From positions 64,001 through 128,000 of the IMG/VR virus record IMGVR_UViG_3300048854_000081: a DNA stretch of 64,000 nt. One strand, written 5' to 3'. The notes below the pieces were generated by a model, which saw nothing but the letters and a program-made list of their open reading frames with translations, had not been told where the DNA came from and did not search any database. Shown one piece after another: positions 7,669-15,654 of this stretch (within the stretch, counting starts at the first letter, position 1; the number at the start of each line of letters is the position of its first letter). Both the position numbers and the translations under genes were made by a program. Source of the stretch: a virus. Its lineage: Duplodnaviria > Caudoviricetes.

Positions 7669-7872
7669 ATGGTAGAACCGCGCCAGTTCACTGTAGGAGC
7701 GCATTCCATACGTAACCCATGGGAACGTAGCCTCAATGACACCGCTGAGCGTGTAGAGGCTTATGGGGGCTTACACCCTGTGTTGTACGATACCCTGACA
7801 GGAACGTACTTCACCCGCATCGTGCACACGTTCAGTCAGCACGCAATCCTCTACCATCTGCACCTGAAGTAG
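7669..7872 (+). CDS. hypothetical early protein
   Basis: ATG immediately after upstream TAA. Confidence 0.55.
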   Translation: MVEPRQFTVGAHSIRNPWERSLNDTAERVEAYGGLHPVLYDTLTGTYFTRIVHTFSQHAILYHLHLK

Positions 7873-7879
7873 TCAAGGG

Positions 7880-7907
7880 TTGCATTTCCTTAGGAGATAG
7901 GTATACT
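7880..7907 (+). promoter_or_regulatory. sigma70 early promoter
   Basis: TTGCAT-N16-TATACT. Confidence 0.8.
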
Positions 7908-7931
7908 AACCTCACTCACCAAGGAACTGCC

Positions 7932-8156
7932 ATGAACGACATCAAAGAATTCGCAACCGTCGAAGATGCATTCGAATGGATGTATGAGGCTGTTGATGAT
8001 GGGTGTATCGATAACGAACGCTTTGCCTACTCCGATGATGAGGATGCGGTCAACCGTTTCATTGAGTTGACTGATCAAGGCTGCTGTGGTTGCTTCGATT
8101 CCCTCGTAACCATCCTCGGTCGTGAGGCACACATCGGTTGCAACTATGGACATTGA
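7932..8156 (+). CDS. acidic hypothetical early protein (GCCGC...GCNYGH)
   Basis: AAGGA RBS. Confidence 0.8.
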   Translation: MNDIKEFATVEDAFEWMYEAVDDGCIDNERFAYSDDEDAVNRFIELTDQGCCGCFDSLVTILGREAHIGCNYGH

Positions 8157-8388
8157 TCCCATGACTGGCAGGCAGCATGACTTCATTCTCATGCTGCTGA
8201 TCAAAGCCCTACTGTTATCTAACCCTACCGCCGTACATGAGCGTACAGGACCGTCGTGGGGTTACATCTTCGATAAGGTAGGCAACGGTAGACCCCATGG
8301 CTATCCCACCATTGAAGAGTGGATGAATAGCCTTGACAAGTGGGCAGCTAGCAGGGCTATCACTGTCCTCAAGAGTCTACAACACTAA
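8146..8388 (+). CDS. hypothetical early protein
   Basis: ATG 8146 overlapping upstream stop. Confidence 0.6.
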   Translation: MDIDPMTGRQHDFILMLLIKALLLSNPTAVHERTGPSWGYIFDKVGNGRPHGYPTIEEWMNSLDKWAASRAITVLKSLQH

Positions 8389-8393
8389 GGGGG

Positions 8394-8421
8394 TTGCATT
8401 CCCTTACGTAACCTGTATACT
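8394..8421 (+). promoter_or_regulatory. sigma70 early promoter with TTACGTAA
   Basis: TTGCAT-N16-TATACT. Confidence 0.8.
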
Positions 8422-8451
8422 AGACTCATCCTAACGAAACGGACAACGACC

Positions 8452-8640
8452 ATGACCTCTGCCAACTATGCCCATATCTCCCTCAACGACTGGAATGCTA
8501 TGTCGCCGGTCGAGAAGGCCAAGGCTAAGGAATACGTCAATGCACGCTGCGACCAGATGCAGACCCTTACCCGTGAGGCACGCATGGCTGAGCGCAAGGC
8601 TCACCGTATCGCTACCTACATCAATGAGGTTAACTACTAA
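8452..8640 (+). CDS. hypothetical early protein
   Basis: GGA RBS; behind promoter. Confidence 0.75.
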   Translation: MTSANYAHISLNDWNAMSPVEKAKAKEYVNARCDQMQTLTREARMAERKAHRIATYINEVNY

Positions 8641-8798
8641 TGAATGCCTGCCCTAACCTCATCCCTATCATGAGCCGTGACCTCACCTATGTAGCAGGCG
8701 AGCTATCATGTGGTGGTGTATACAATGGTATGGTCATGCGCTGCGCACAGTGCAGTGAGTATGCCTGCCTTGAGTATGATGTGGATAGTGATAGCTAA
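8640..8798 (+). CDS. 52-aa Cys-rich (possible Zn-binding) protein (not in ORF track)
   Basis: TAATG overlap; CPN...CGG...CAQC. Confidence 0.55.
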   Translation: MNACPNLIPIMSRDLTYVAGELSCGGVYNGMVMRCAQCSEYACLEYDVDSDS

Positions 8799-8814
8799 CA
8801 GTAGGTAACACAGT

Positions 8815-8869
8815 AAGCTAAGCATGTCAACACTATGCTTAGCGTGTACACGCACTGCTCCCCATCCTC
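8815..8869 (-). ncRNA. putative small RNA copy E (5' GAGGAUGGGGAGCAG...)
   Basis: Starts 7 nt after TAAGAT (8876-8881); 9-bp stem GCTAAGCAT/ATGCTTAGC. Confidence 0.5.
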
Positions 8870-8875
8870 GTCCCT

Positions 8876-8910
8876 ATCTTACCATAGGTTAGCTGTATGT
8901 AACCTGAACG
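8876..8910 (-). promoter_or_regulatory. PhoP-box-like direct repeat + -10 (cassette E)
   Basis: Minus strand CGTTCAG-gttac-ATACAG, 11 bp, TAAGAT. Confidence 0.65.
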
Positions 8911-8927
8911 CTATGGTATGTAACCTA

Positions 8928-8956
8928 TTGCAATGCATAGGCTATGGTGGTATAGT
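8928..8956 (+). promoter_or_regulatory. sigma70 promoter
   Basis: TTGCAA-N17-TATAGT with TG extension. Confidence 0.65.
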
Positions 8957-9070
8957 ATGTACATAGGTAGCCTACTGGTATACGTGGAACGCTAAAGCAA
9001 GTTTGGTTTTATTTTGAATTACTTTTATTTTCTTTTACACCGCAGGGGTATAGGGTAGGCTAAGCGAGAG

Positions 9071-9158
9071 TGTGTATCTACCCCTAAAATAAAATTTTTT
9101 CATGATTTTCTTTTCCGTCACGCGAAGACTGTGTATCTACCCCTAAAATAAAATTTTT
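9071..9158. repeat. 29-bp direct repeat x2 at composition boundary
   Basis: TGTGTATCTACCCCTAAAATAAAATTTTT at 9071-9099 and 9130-9158. Confidence 0.95.
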
Positions 9159-9176
9159 CTGGAAAATTTCTGCACC

Positions 9177-9488
9177 ATGACCGAAAATGATACCATGACC
9201 TTGTGGGATGCTGATGCAGATAATTTGATTGATAATGTGCACCTGATCGAATACGTAACCTTTGATAATCGTTTCTGCGTCCGAGGGTTTTGGATTTATA
9301 CTATCACCCTTGATTATTGGAATGCAGGTCGTACTGTATTAGATAAGCTTACGGTGTATCAGTATCATCATATGTCCGATAGGGTTGACATCCATCATTA
9401 CAATCAGTTACTAAGCGTAGTAGAAAATATGACGAAGATGCCTATTGAAGATTTCACCAATGGTACGTTTGGCTACATAGAACCCTGA
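9177..9488 (+). CDS. IEEFTxGxF paralog family member 1
   Basis: YNQLLSVVENMTKMPIEDFTNGTFGY. Confidence 0.8.
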   Translation: MTENDTMTLWDADADNLIDNVHLIEYVTFDNRFCVRGFWIYTITLDYWNAGRTVLDKLTVYQYHHMSDRVDIHHYNQLLSVVENMTKMPIEDFTNGTFGYIEP

Positions 9489-9503
9489 ATCCTTATATCC
9501 TTC

Positions 9504-9944
9504 ATGATAAAACCCTTTTTAAAAATTTTTTCCAGAATTTTCCGTGCGGCGGACGAATCTACGGTAGAGACAACGGTTCCTGTCAAGGTGATGCCAAAGT
9601 TAGAGGACTATCTCAAATTAAGTCCTGATAAGACTAAAATGATAAAGCTATCCAAATTGTTAACAGATGGTACTTATAAGCTTATCGGGGTTGAATTGAT
9701 CCATAGTGATCATGCTATAGGTCATGGTAGGCTTTGTTATGATAATCTCAAGTTGATCTATAGGGATACCACGCTAAGTGACATTGAACCTGAGAGTAAT
9801 TATCTGTTGTGGCCGGTACCCGATTCGGAGAAAACTGGCATTGTATGTGTGGCCTACAATGATATCTTAGGAATGGTTGAAGACTATCTTGAAGGTAGCA
9901 TTAGTGAGTTTACGTTTGGAACCTTTGGATACATAGACCTCTGA
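9504..9944 (+). CDS. paralog family member 2
   Basis: YNDILGMVEDYLEGSISEFTFGTFGY. Confidence 0.8.
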   Translation: MIKPFLKIFSRIFRAADESTVETTVPVKVMPKLEDYLKLSPDKTKMIKLSKLLTDGTYKLIGVELIHSDHAIGHGRLCYDNLKLIYRDTTLSDIEPESNYLLWPVPDSEKTGIVCVAYNDILGMVEDYLEGSISEFTFGTFGYIDL

Positions 9945-9986
9945 ATCCTTTATATCCCTTTCATCGGTTTCCTATGGTGCTACACT

Positions 9987-10478
9987 ATGGGAAATCTTCT
10001 TGTGTCCGAAACTAAAAAATTTTTCTGGAAATTTATTCTCATGATTGAATCAAAGCTTTCAATGATCCCTCATCCTATGCTTGGCTTTGGTAGCGCATCA
10101 GTATCCTTTGGTGAGGTTTCGAATGCCACACTATTAAATGATGGTATGGTGGGTTGGGATAATGCTCAGCATGTGATTGGTAAGATCAAGGATGGTTCCT
10201 ATAGAATTTCTCAGGTCTGTCTTATGTTGTATCATATTGTCAGGAATGCGATTCCGGGTGAAAAGGCATTGCCATATTTAAGACTGACTATCACTGACAA
10301 TGCTAAAAACTACATCCATTATTCATTAGCCCGGTATCATATGAAAGGTTACGATGCTGAGCAGATTGCCTTGGTGAATACACTGTTTAGTAAGATTGAA
10401 GATTACATTCAGGTGTCCTTGCATGAGTTTACTCAAGGTCATTTCGATTACATTCCTGTGGAGTTAGACCATGCTTAG
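9987..10478 (+). CDS. paralog family member 3 (start may be 10041)
   Basis: VNTLFSKIEDYIQVSLHEFTQGHFDY. Confidence 0.8.
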   Translation: MGNLLVSETKKFFWKFILMIESKLSMIPHPMLGFGSASVSFGEVSNATLLNDGMVGWDNAQHVIGKIKDGSYRISQVCLMLYHIVRNAIPGEKALPYLRLTITDNAKNYIHYSLARYHMKGYDAEQIALVNTLFSKIEDYIQVSLHEFTQGHFDYIPVELDHA

Positions 10479-10785
10479 TTATAGACAAAAGATAATTAAT
10501 GAAGTGCGTCAAGGCATCAACCGACGACCATTTACGGGTTTGACTGTGGAGGATGTTGCCAGTATAGTCGAAGAAGTGAAAGATTTCATTGATCCGTTTA
10601 TCGTAAATGTACGTAAGGGTGCCTATAGTGTAGCGTATGTTGAGTTCCATGAGCGCTATCTTAGGAAGAAGTCCAATGGTGATTCGGGTGAGCGTGGTAG
10701 CCAATTAGCTTTTTATTACAAGATTGTGTTGGATGAGGATGGTAATCGTCTTATCGATAAAATTGAGCCCGATTTAAATGAATGA
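10471..10785 (+). CDS. hypothetical protein inside the array lacking the C-terminal motif
   Basis: GGAG RBS; coupled to neighbours. Confidence 0.7.
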   Translation: MLSYRQKIINEVRQGINRRPFTGLTVEDVASIVEEVKDFIDPFIVNVRKGAYSVAYVEFHERYLRKKSNGDSGERGSQLAFYYKIVLDEDGNRLIDKIEPDLNE

Positions 10786-11137
10786 AGAGATAGCTGAAAG
10801 GATTGCGCATTTACGGAATGATAAGTCGATCAAGGTCTTATCTATTGGCTTACGAAAGGATTTCCATAAGAGTGTAATCAAAAATCTTAGAAAAGGGGTT
10901 CGTGGCAGGGGAATGTTAGAGTGTCGTCAGTTGATTCAAATGTTTTATCAGTATAAAGTCATCAATCCTCATACTCAAAATCCTTATTTTGTATCCGAAA
11001 ATATCTTTTTTGAACAATCTGATATTCCGGTTGATGATCAGGGTGTAGAGGACTATAATTTTTTCCTATCTTATGTAGAAGATTGGTTGGGTGTGAGCAT
11101 TGAAGAATTTACAGAAGGTAGTTTCCATTATGTTTAG
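10778..11137 (+). CDS. paralog family member 4
   Basis: YNFFLSYVEDWLGVSIEEFTEGSFHY. Confidence 0.8.
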   Translation: MNEEIAERIAHLRNDKSIKVLSIGLRKDFHKSVIKNLRKGVRGRGMLECRQLIQMFYQYKVINPHTQNPYFVSENIFFEQSDIPVDDQGVEDYNFFLSYVEDWLGVSIEEFTEGSFHYV

Positions 11138-11149
11138 TAAAGGTAATTT

Positions 11150-11458
11150 ATGAGAAATGAAACAATATATGGTTCGTTCTTAGATTTTGACAATAATATA
11201 GAAATTTTATATGTCACATTTCGTGAAATAAGATACGGAAAATTCTATGCTGAGGAATTAGGTAAAGAGTCTAATCATTCATTAGAAATTTTCTATAGAA
11301 AAGAGGGCGCAATACCTTCAGACCCAAATTATACTTATCGCATAACTACTGATTCTTCGATCAAAAAAGAATTGTTTAATAAAATTTTGACTGATATAGA
11401 GAATATCATAGAGGAATCCATAACTGTATTCACCCGTGGTCATTTCCATTATATTTAA
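11150..11458 (+). CDS. paralog family member 5
   Basis: FNKILTDIENIIEESITVFTRGHFHY. Confidence 0.8.
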   Translation: MRNETIYGSFLDFDNNIEILYVTFREIRYGKFYAEELGKESNHSLEIFYRKEGAIPSDPNYTYRITTDSSIKKELFNKILTDIENIIEESITVFTRGHFHYI

Positions 11459-11464
11459 CATCAT

Positions 11465-11493
11465 TTGCCTTCTTTGGGTAGATATCCTACTAT
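11465..11493 (+). promoter_or_regulatory. possible sigma70 promoter
   Basis: TTGCCT-N17-TACTAT. Confidence 0.5.
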
Positions 11494-11506
11494 AGGGTCT
11501 TCCTCC

Positions 11507-11857
11507 ATGATTATTCGTGCCATGCTACCTAAAGCTACTGTGAAGAATCTTCAAGAGAAGATAGTTGTTGTTTCCAAAAATCAAGTCTTTAAGAATGCGG
11601 CTGGTCCTTTCTTGGAAGCCTTTACTGCTGACAGGGTTGTCATTCGCTATCTAGGGTTTTATGATAAATTTAATACCGTCAGTAACCGTAAGGAACCAGT
11701 GATCCTCATTGAATATACCATGGAAGCTATGGAATGTCGGCTTGAGATTCCTGCACATGCGTGTGAGTTGGATGAATACCGTAGGGTCATTGCTCTGGTG
11801 GAAGATCATGTTGGGCAGTCCATTGAAGAGTTTACCTATGGTCATATGGGAATGTAA
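11507..11857 (+). CDS. paralog family member 6 (start uncertain)
   Basis: YRRVIALVEDHVGQSIEEFTYGHMG. Confidence 0.8.
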   Translation: MIIRAMLPKATVKNLQEKIVVVSKNQVFKNAAGPFLEAFTADRVVIRYLGFYDKFNTVSNRKEPVILIEYTMEAMECRLEIPAHACELDEYRRVIALVEDHVGQSIEEFTYGHMGM

Positions 11858-11862
11858 ATATA

Positions 11863-12201
11863 ATGATTGGATATACTAAGCCCCATAACAGCGAGTCAGG
11901 TAAATTTGAACCAGATAATGAAATTATCTTTATACAGAAGATTATTGATGGAATAAGTAAGATTCGTGGTGTCGAATATACTAGTTCATTTGCCTATGAA
12001 TGGTATTTCCCCATGGTTATTCCTCGCCATACGTTAGTGATCAATCTTCTGGTAGATGATAATATACTAAATTATTACCTGCCTAACACAATTGATCGTA
12101 TCCATATGCCTCTGGTCAATCAGCTTTATAGTAAGATTGAGAATGTGATTGACATGTCTATTGAAGAATTCACACACGGCAAGTTTTATTATGACCAATA
12201 A
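11863..12201 (+). CDS. paralog family member 7
   Basis: VNQLYSKIENVIDMSIEEFTHGKFYY. Confidence 0.8.
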   Translation: MIGYTKPHNSESGKFEPDNEIIFIQKIIDGISKIRGVEYTSSFAYEWYFPMVIPRHTLVINLLVDDNILNYYLPNTIDRIHMPLVNQLYSKIENVIDMSIEEFTHGKFYYDQ

Positions 12202-12508
12202 TGTAATAGTACAGCCTACTGAAGCCGAAATAATTGATAATGCAATTTCCGGTGTTTACAGACCACGAAGTTCCGAGATTTCAAGAGTGGTTAATGTTGG
12301 ATACGGTGAAGATTATCATGTACTGAAAATATTATTTTGGGAAGATATTCAACCCACAGGTCGGAGAATTAGACGGGTGATCCTCAAAACAAAGCATGAT
12401 ACCGAGTTGAGTAATGAGAAGCACAATAAGCTTATTGCGTTGGTTGAAGATACGACACGGATGCCCATTGCTGAATTTACGCAGGGTGTCTTCGGATATA
12501 AACATTAA
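12191..12508 (+). CDS. paralog family member 8
   Basis: HNKLIALVEDTTRMPIAEFTQGVFGY. Confidence 0.8.
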   Translation: MTNNVIVQPTEAEIIDNAISGVYRPRSSEISRVVNVGYGEDYHVLKILFWEDIQPTGRRIRRVILKTKHDTELSNEKHNKLIALVEDTTRMPIAEFTQGVFGYKH

Positions 12509-12521
12509 TTAAGGAAATTGA

Positions 12522-12866
12522 TTGATGAAATATCAATTTTTAGAAGAAATAGAAGATACTGCCCTCAGTATTATTGAAGGAAAGATACGTGTTAGATTCA
12601 TTGATCAAGTAAATTCTTTTAATCCTGATTCAGTTGTCACGGAACCTGCGTTTACCTTGCAGTTATTTTTAGCGAATAAAAATAACAACAACGATGCCAC
12701 GTATAATGTATTAGAAATTGAAAATAATTCATGGAAAAATAATCTAACTAAATCAACATTCAATAAATTGCTAGCAGTTGTAGAGGATTTAACCGGAATA
12801 TCTATTCATGAACTTACAAAAGGTCAGATAGATTATGTTGAGATTGCAAAAGATGACCAATTATGA
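12522..12866 (+). CDS. paralog family member 9
   Basis: FNKLLAVVEDLTGISIHELTKGQIDY. Confidence 0.8.
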   Translation: MMKYQFLEEIEDTALSIIEGKIRVRFIDQVNSFNPDSVVTEPAFTLQLFLANKNNNNDATYNVLEIENNSWKNNLTKSTFNKLLAVVEDLTGISIHELTKGQIDYVEIAKDDQL

Positions 12867-13372
12867 ACATGTTTAAAAAATTTATCTACAAATTAATGAT
12901 TAAATGGTTTCCGGATGATATTCGTGTACCATTACCAGATATCAGAAACAATCCGAACAGTCAATTGTATCAAGGTGATGCTCAGTTGGATGCTGACGCT
13001 GAAATGTTGAACGTAATTCGAATGATCGAAGGCAATAAAACGAAAATTACTGCAATCACTTATACTAAATCTGATACTTCAGGTAATTTTGCTAAATCTA
13101 ATAGTTCAGGTAATTTTGGTCCAGTAGGTTGGGGATATTTTGTAGTCCATAACCTTGAAATACATTATGCAGTTGGAGACCCTACTTCAATATTGTATAA
13201 TACGAAGGGTATGGTTAAATTAACTTCTAGAGTTAATAAATTTGGTGATGACACGCTCCCATCGAATGACGATATCACCCGTGATACTTACAATAGAATG
13301 TTGGAAATTTTAGAAAATATCCTTGACATGCCTATTGAAGACTTTACCGAAGCCAAATTCTTCTATATCTAA
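12863..13372 (+). CDS. paralog family member 10
   Basis: YNRMLEILENILDMPIEDFTEAKFFY. Confidence 0.8.
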   Translation: MNMFKKFIYKLMIKWFPDDIRVPLPDIRNNPNSQLYQGDAQLDADAEMLNVIRMIEGNKTKITAITYTKSDTSGNFAKSNSSGNFGPVGWGYFVVHNLEIHYAVGDPTSILYNTKGMVKLTSRVNKFGDDTLPSNDDITRDTYNRMLEILENILDMPIEDFTEAKFFYI

Positions 13373-13402
13373 TCTGTACCTTAACGGGTGAATCTGAAGT
13401 GA

Positions 13403-13431
13403 TTGACACGTTCTCCACAATTAGATAGAAT
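13403..13431 (+). promoter_or_regulatory. sigma70 promoter
   Basis: TTGACA-N17-TAGAAT. Confidence 0.75.
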
Positions 13432-13451
13432 TGCTATCCTTGGAGAAACAT

Positions 13452-14033
13452 ATGTCCCTAACGTATTACGACAATAACAATAGTTCACTTGCAGGTATAT
13501 TGGACACTGGCGATTTGAGAGAACCCATTACCGACGACACACTCGACATGCGTGCTGTCACTGCTCTTGACAATATCATAAAAGAATTAATTACGTTTCA
13601 TGAAACAAAACCCGGATGGAGCTTGGGTGGTACTCCATTAAATCTAGAGTATGGTGAAACTCTTTTACTTAAAAAGAAGTTTGAAAATGGAAACACGGTT
13701 ATTGTCGGTATCACTTCTCCCTATTTCTATTTTCCATCCCAGCGAACCATGATTTATTTTGATGGTAAGATTAAGGAAGATACTGGTAAGATGTCAGTAG
13801 CTCAAATTTCTCAGAATGGTGAAAAGATATTCTTTACATCAAGTAAGATGCAGACCCAAGACGGTGCTCTCCCATTATCGGTCAAGGGTATTACCTCAAT
13901 GTACGAGGTCGAGTCCATGCAGACCACATTGAAAGAGTTACACCAAAAATGTACGACGATATTTTCCCTTATTGAAGATATCTATGAAAAATCCATTGAA
14001 GACATTACCTCCAACATCATCACCCAAGGTTAA
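13452..14033 (+). CDS. paralog family member 11 (divergent)
   Basis: GGAG RBS; IFSLIEDIYEKSIEDIT. Confidence 0.75.
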   Translation: MSLTYYDNNNSSLAGILDTGDLREPITDDTLDMRAVTALDNIIKELITFHETKPGWSLGGTPLNLEYGETLLLKKKFENGNTVIVGITSPYFYFPSQRTMIYFDGKIKEDTGKMSVAQISQNGEKIFFTSSKMQTQDGALPLSVKGITSMYEVESMQTTLKELHQKCTTIFSLIEDIYEKSIEDITSNIITQG

Positions 14034-14041
14034 GTAGTATC

Positions 14042-14428
14042 ATGCAGTTGAACACCCTTCCACAGAAGAGCACCATTCCAGTTGATATTGCTTTTCATGA
14101 TTATGTAACTTCTACAAGTCCGAAGGATATTTGTAAAGACATAGTGTTTGGTAATCATTATTATGTTGCAGGGGATAATACAATGAATGTATCCCCTGCC
14201 ATTATCATCCGTGGTGATTTCTCTATTTTTCTTACTTTTGTTGAAGATATGGACAAGAGTGTCACTGTCGTAGTCAATCCATCGGATTGTGACGATGGTA
14301 AGATGACTTTCATGTCATTGGATGATAACCTCAAGGCTGACCTTAACCTTCTATTCTCTTTGGTAGAGAACTTCATGAATCATCCTATTACCTATATAAC
14401 CAATAACTTATTCGATTACTATGTTTAA
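14042..14428 (+). CDS. paralog family member 12 (divergent)
   Basis: LNLLFSLVENFMNHPITYITNNLFDY. Confidence 0.75.
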   Translation: MQLNTLPQKSTIPVDIAFHDYVTSTSPKDICKDIVFGNHYYVAGDNTMNVSPAIIIRGDFSIFLTFVEDMDKSVTVVVNPSDCDDGKMTFMSLDDNLKADLNLLFSLVENFMNHPITYITNNLFDYYV

Positions 14429-14903
14429 GGATGTCTACAAGACCTTCCAAGATCAGTTTTTGTCCGAATTCCAGACAGCCTTACCAGAGGTAAGTCCTAC
14501 TAAACCTATATCTGCTCAGCAAATCATAGCCAATCTAAATGCTGTGATGAGCACCGTCAGTACCGGTTATGATAACCAAATCAATGCAAAACCGCTCATT
14601 AAGCAGTTTTTGGACTTCAAAATCACGTCTATTACCCTTAAAATGAAGGTTAGCAAGAACATAAGCTTCGTTAAGCCTATACATACTTACTATACTATTG
14701 ATATTGGTCCGTTCACACTCAACACAGGTGGAAGTGAGGAAGGATTTCGTCGCTTACAGAAGATTAGGTCAACTAACTTCGATTACAACTACACGTTCAA
14801 TGGTGGTGAGGTTGAAGCCAGTCTACTAAAAAAGTTTGATGAGATTATTGCCAATGTTGAAGATATTATGGAAGATTTTTGGGAAAACATCCTTACGATG
14901 TAA
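14421..14903 (+). CDS. possible degenerate paralog 13
   Basis: FDEIIANVEDIME at C-terminus. Confidence 0.65.
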   Translation: MFKDVYKTFQDQFLSEFQTALPEVSPTKPISAQQIIANLNAVMSTVSTGYDNQINAKPLIKQFLDFKITSITLKMKVSKNISFVKPIHTYYTIDIGPFTLNTGGSEEGFRRLQKIRSTNFDYNYTFNGGEVEASLLKKFDEIIANVEDIMEDFWENILTM

Positions 14904-14907
14904 ATCT

Positions 14908-15654
14908 ATGAAGTTCATTAAACTAATAAAAAAGAAAATAAAAATGATTAAAGATAAAAACACATTCAGAGATACGATGTACGATTATGCTAATATAAAT
15001 GAGTATTTCTCATTTTATGGCAACGTAATTTATATCTCGACCGATTACTATCACGGTAATGATTACTTTTTGGTTCTAAAGCGTGACACCAAGTACGCCT
15101 TGGTAACGATTAACCAAGAAGAAATCCAATATTACTTTGGGTTAAAGAACAGAGACAACATTACTCGCGATTTGGATACACTGTACGCGAAGCTTGAGTT
15201 CGTTGAAGGGTTACATAATTTTCGTAGAAAGCTGGATTGGTATCTATTGAATGTATTCTTCAACGAGAAGTCACGCTTCGAACTGATCAAGATTAAGAAT
15301 TCTGATCTAGTTCTATGGAATTTCATTCTGGTTGAGAATGTAATCAACAATAATAGACGTGACAAGACGATTGCTACCAAACTTATTACCCATGAATCCA
15401 GACAGCTTAACCCAAGTCTCCACCTGTCCTTCGTTCATACTGTAAATGTTTACAATACTCAGTTCACGGTAGACTATGATTGGGTGGAAGGTAATGCCTT
15501 CGTGGATGTTACTATCTACCATTTTAATTATAAATCTAAGCGTAGACTTAACTTGTTTGACATTTCGGAGTTAAATGCCGTATTATCGGTCATGTCACTT
15601 GGTGATGATTACAAAACACTAGAATATCTTGAGGGTTTCATTTTAAATGTCTGA
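14908..15654 (+). CDS. hypothetical protein
   Basis: Long ORF coupled to the ATPase gene. Confidence 0.7.
   Translation: MKFIKLIKKKIKMIKDKNTFRDTMYDYANINEYFSFYGNVIYISTDYYHGNDYFLVLKRDTKYALVTINQEEIQYYFGLKNRDNITRDLDTLYAKLEFVEGLHNFRRKLDWYLLNVFFNEKSRFELIKIKNSDLVLWNFILVENVINNNRRDKTIATKLITHESRQLNPSLHLSFVHTVNVYNTQFTVDYDWVEGNAFVDVTIYHFNYKSKRRLNLFDISELNAVLSVMSLGDDYKTLEYLEGFILNV

Noticed and set aside
758-8869. AUG in the GGAUGG seed as start of a conserved leaderless peptide
   Set aside because: Resulting ORFs are 4-20 codons with no conserved length or sequence
758-8910. Repeated early-region elements as a CRISPR array
   Set aside because: Degenerate, irregularly spaced, separated by genes; no cas genes
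9177-14903. Diversity-generating retroelement targets
   Set aside because: No reverse transcriptase or near-identical template/variable repeat pair seen; divergence is old and not adenine-specific
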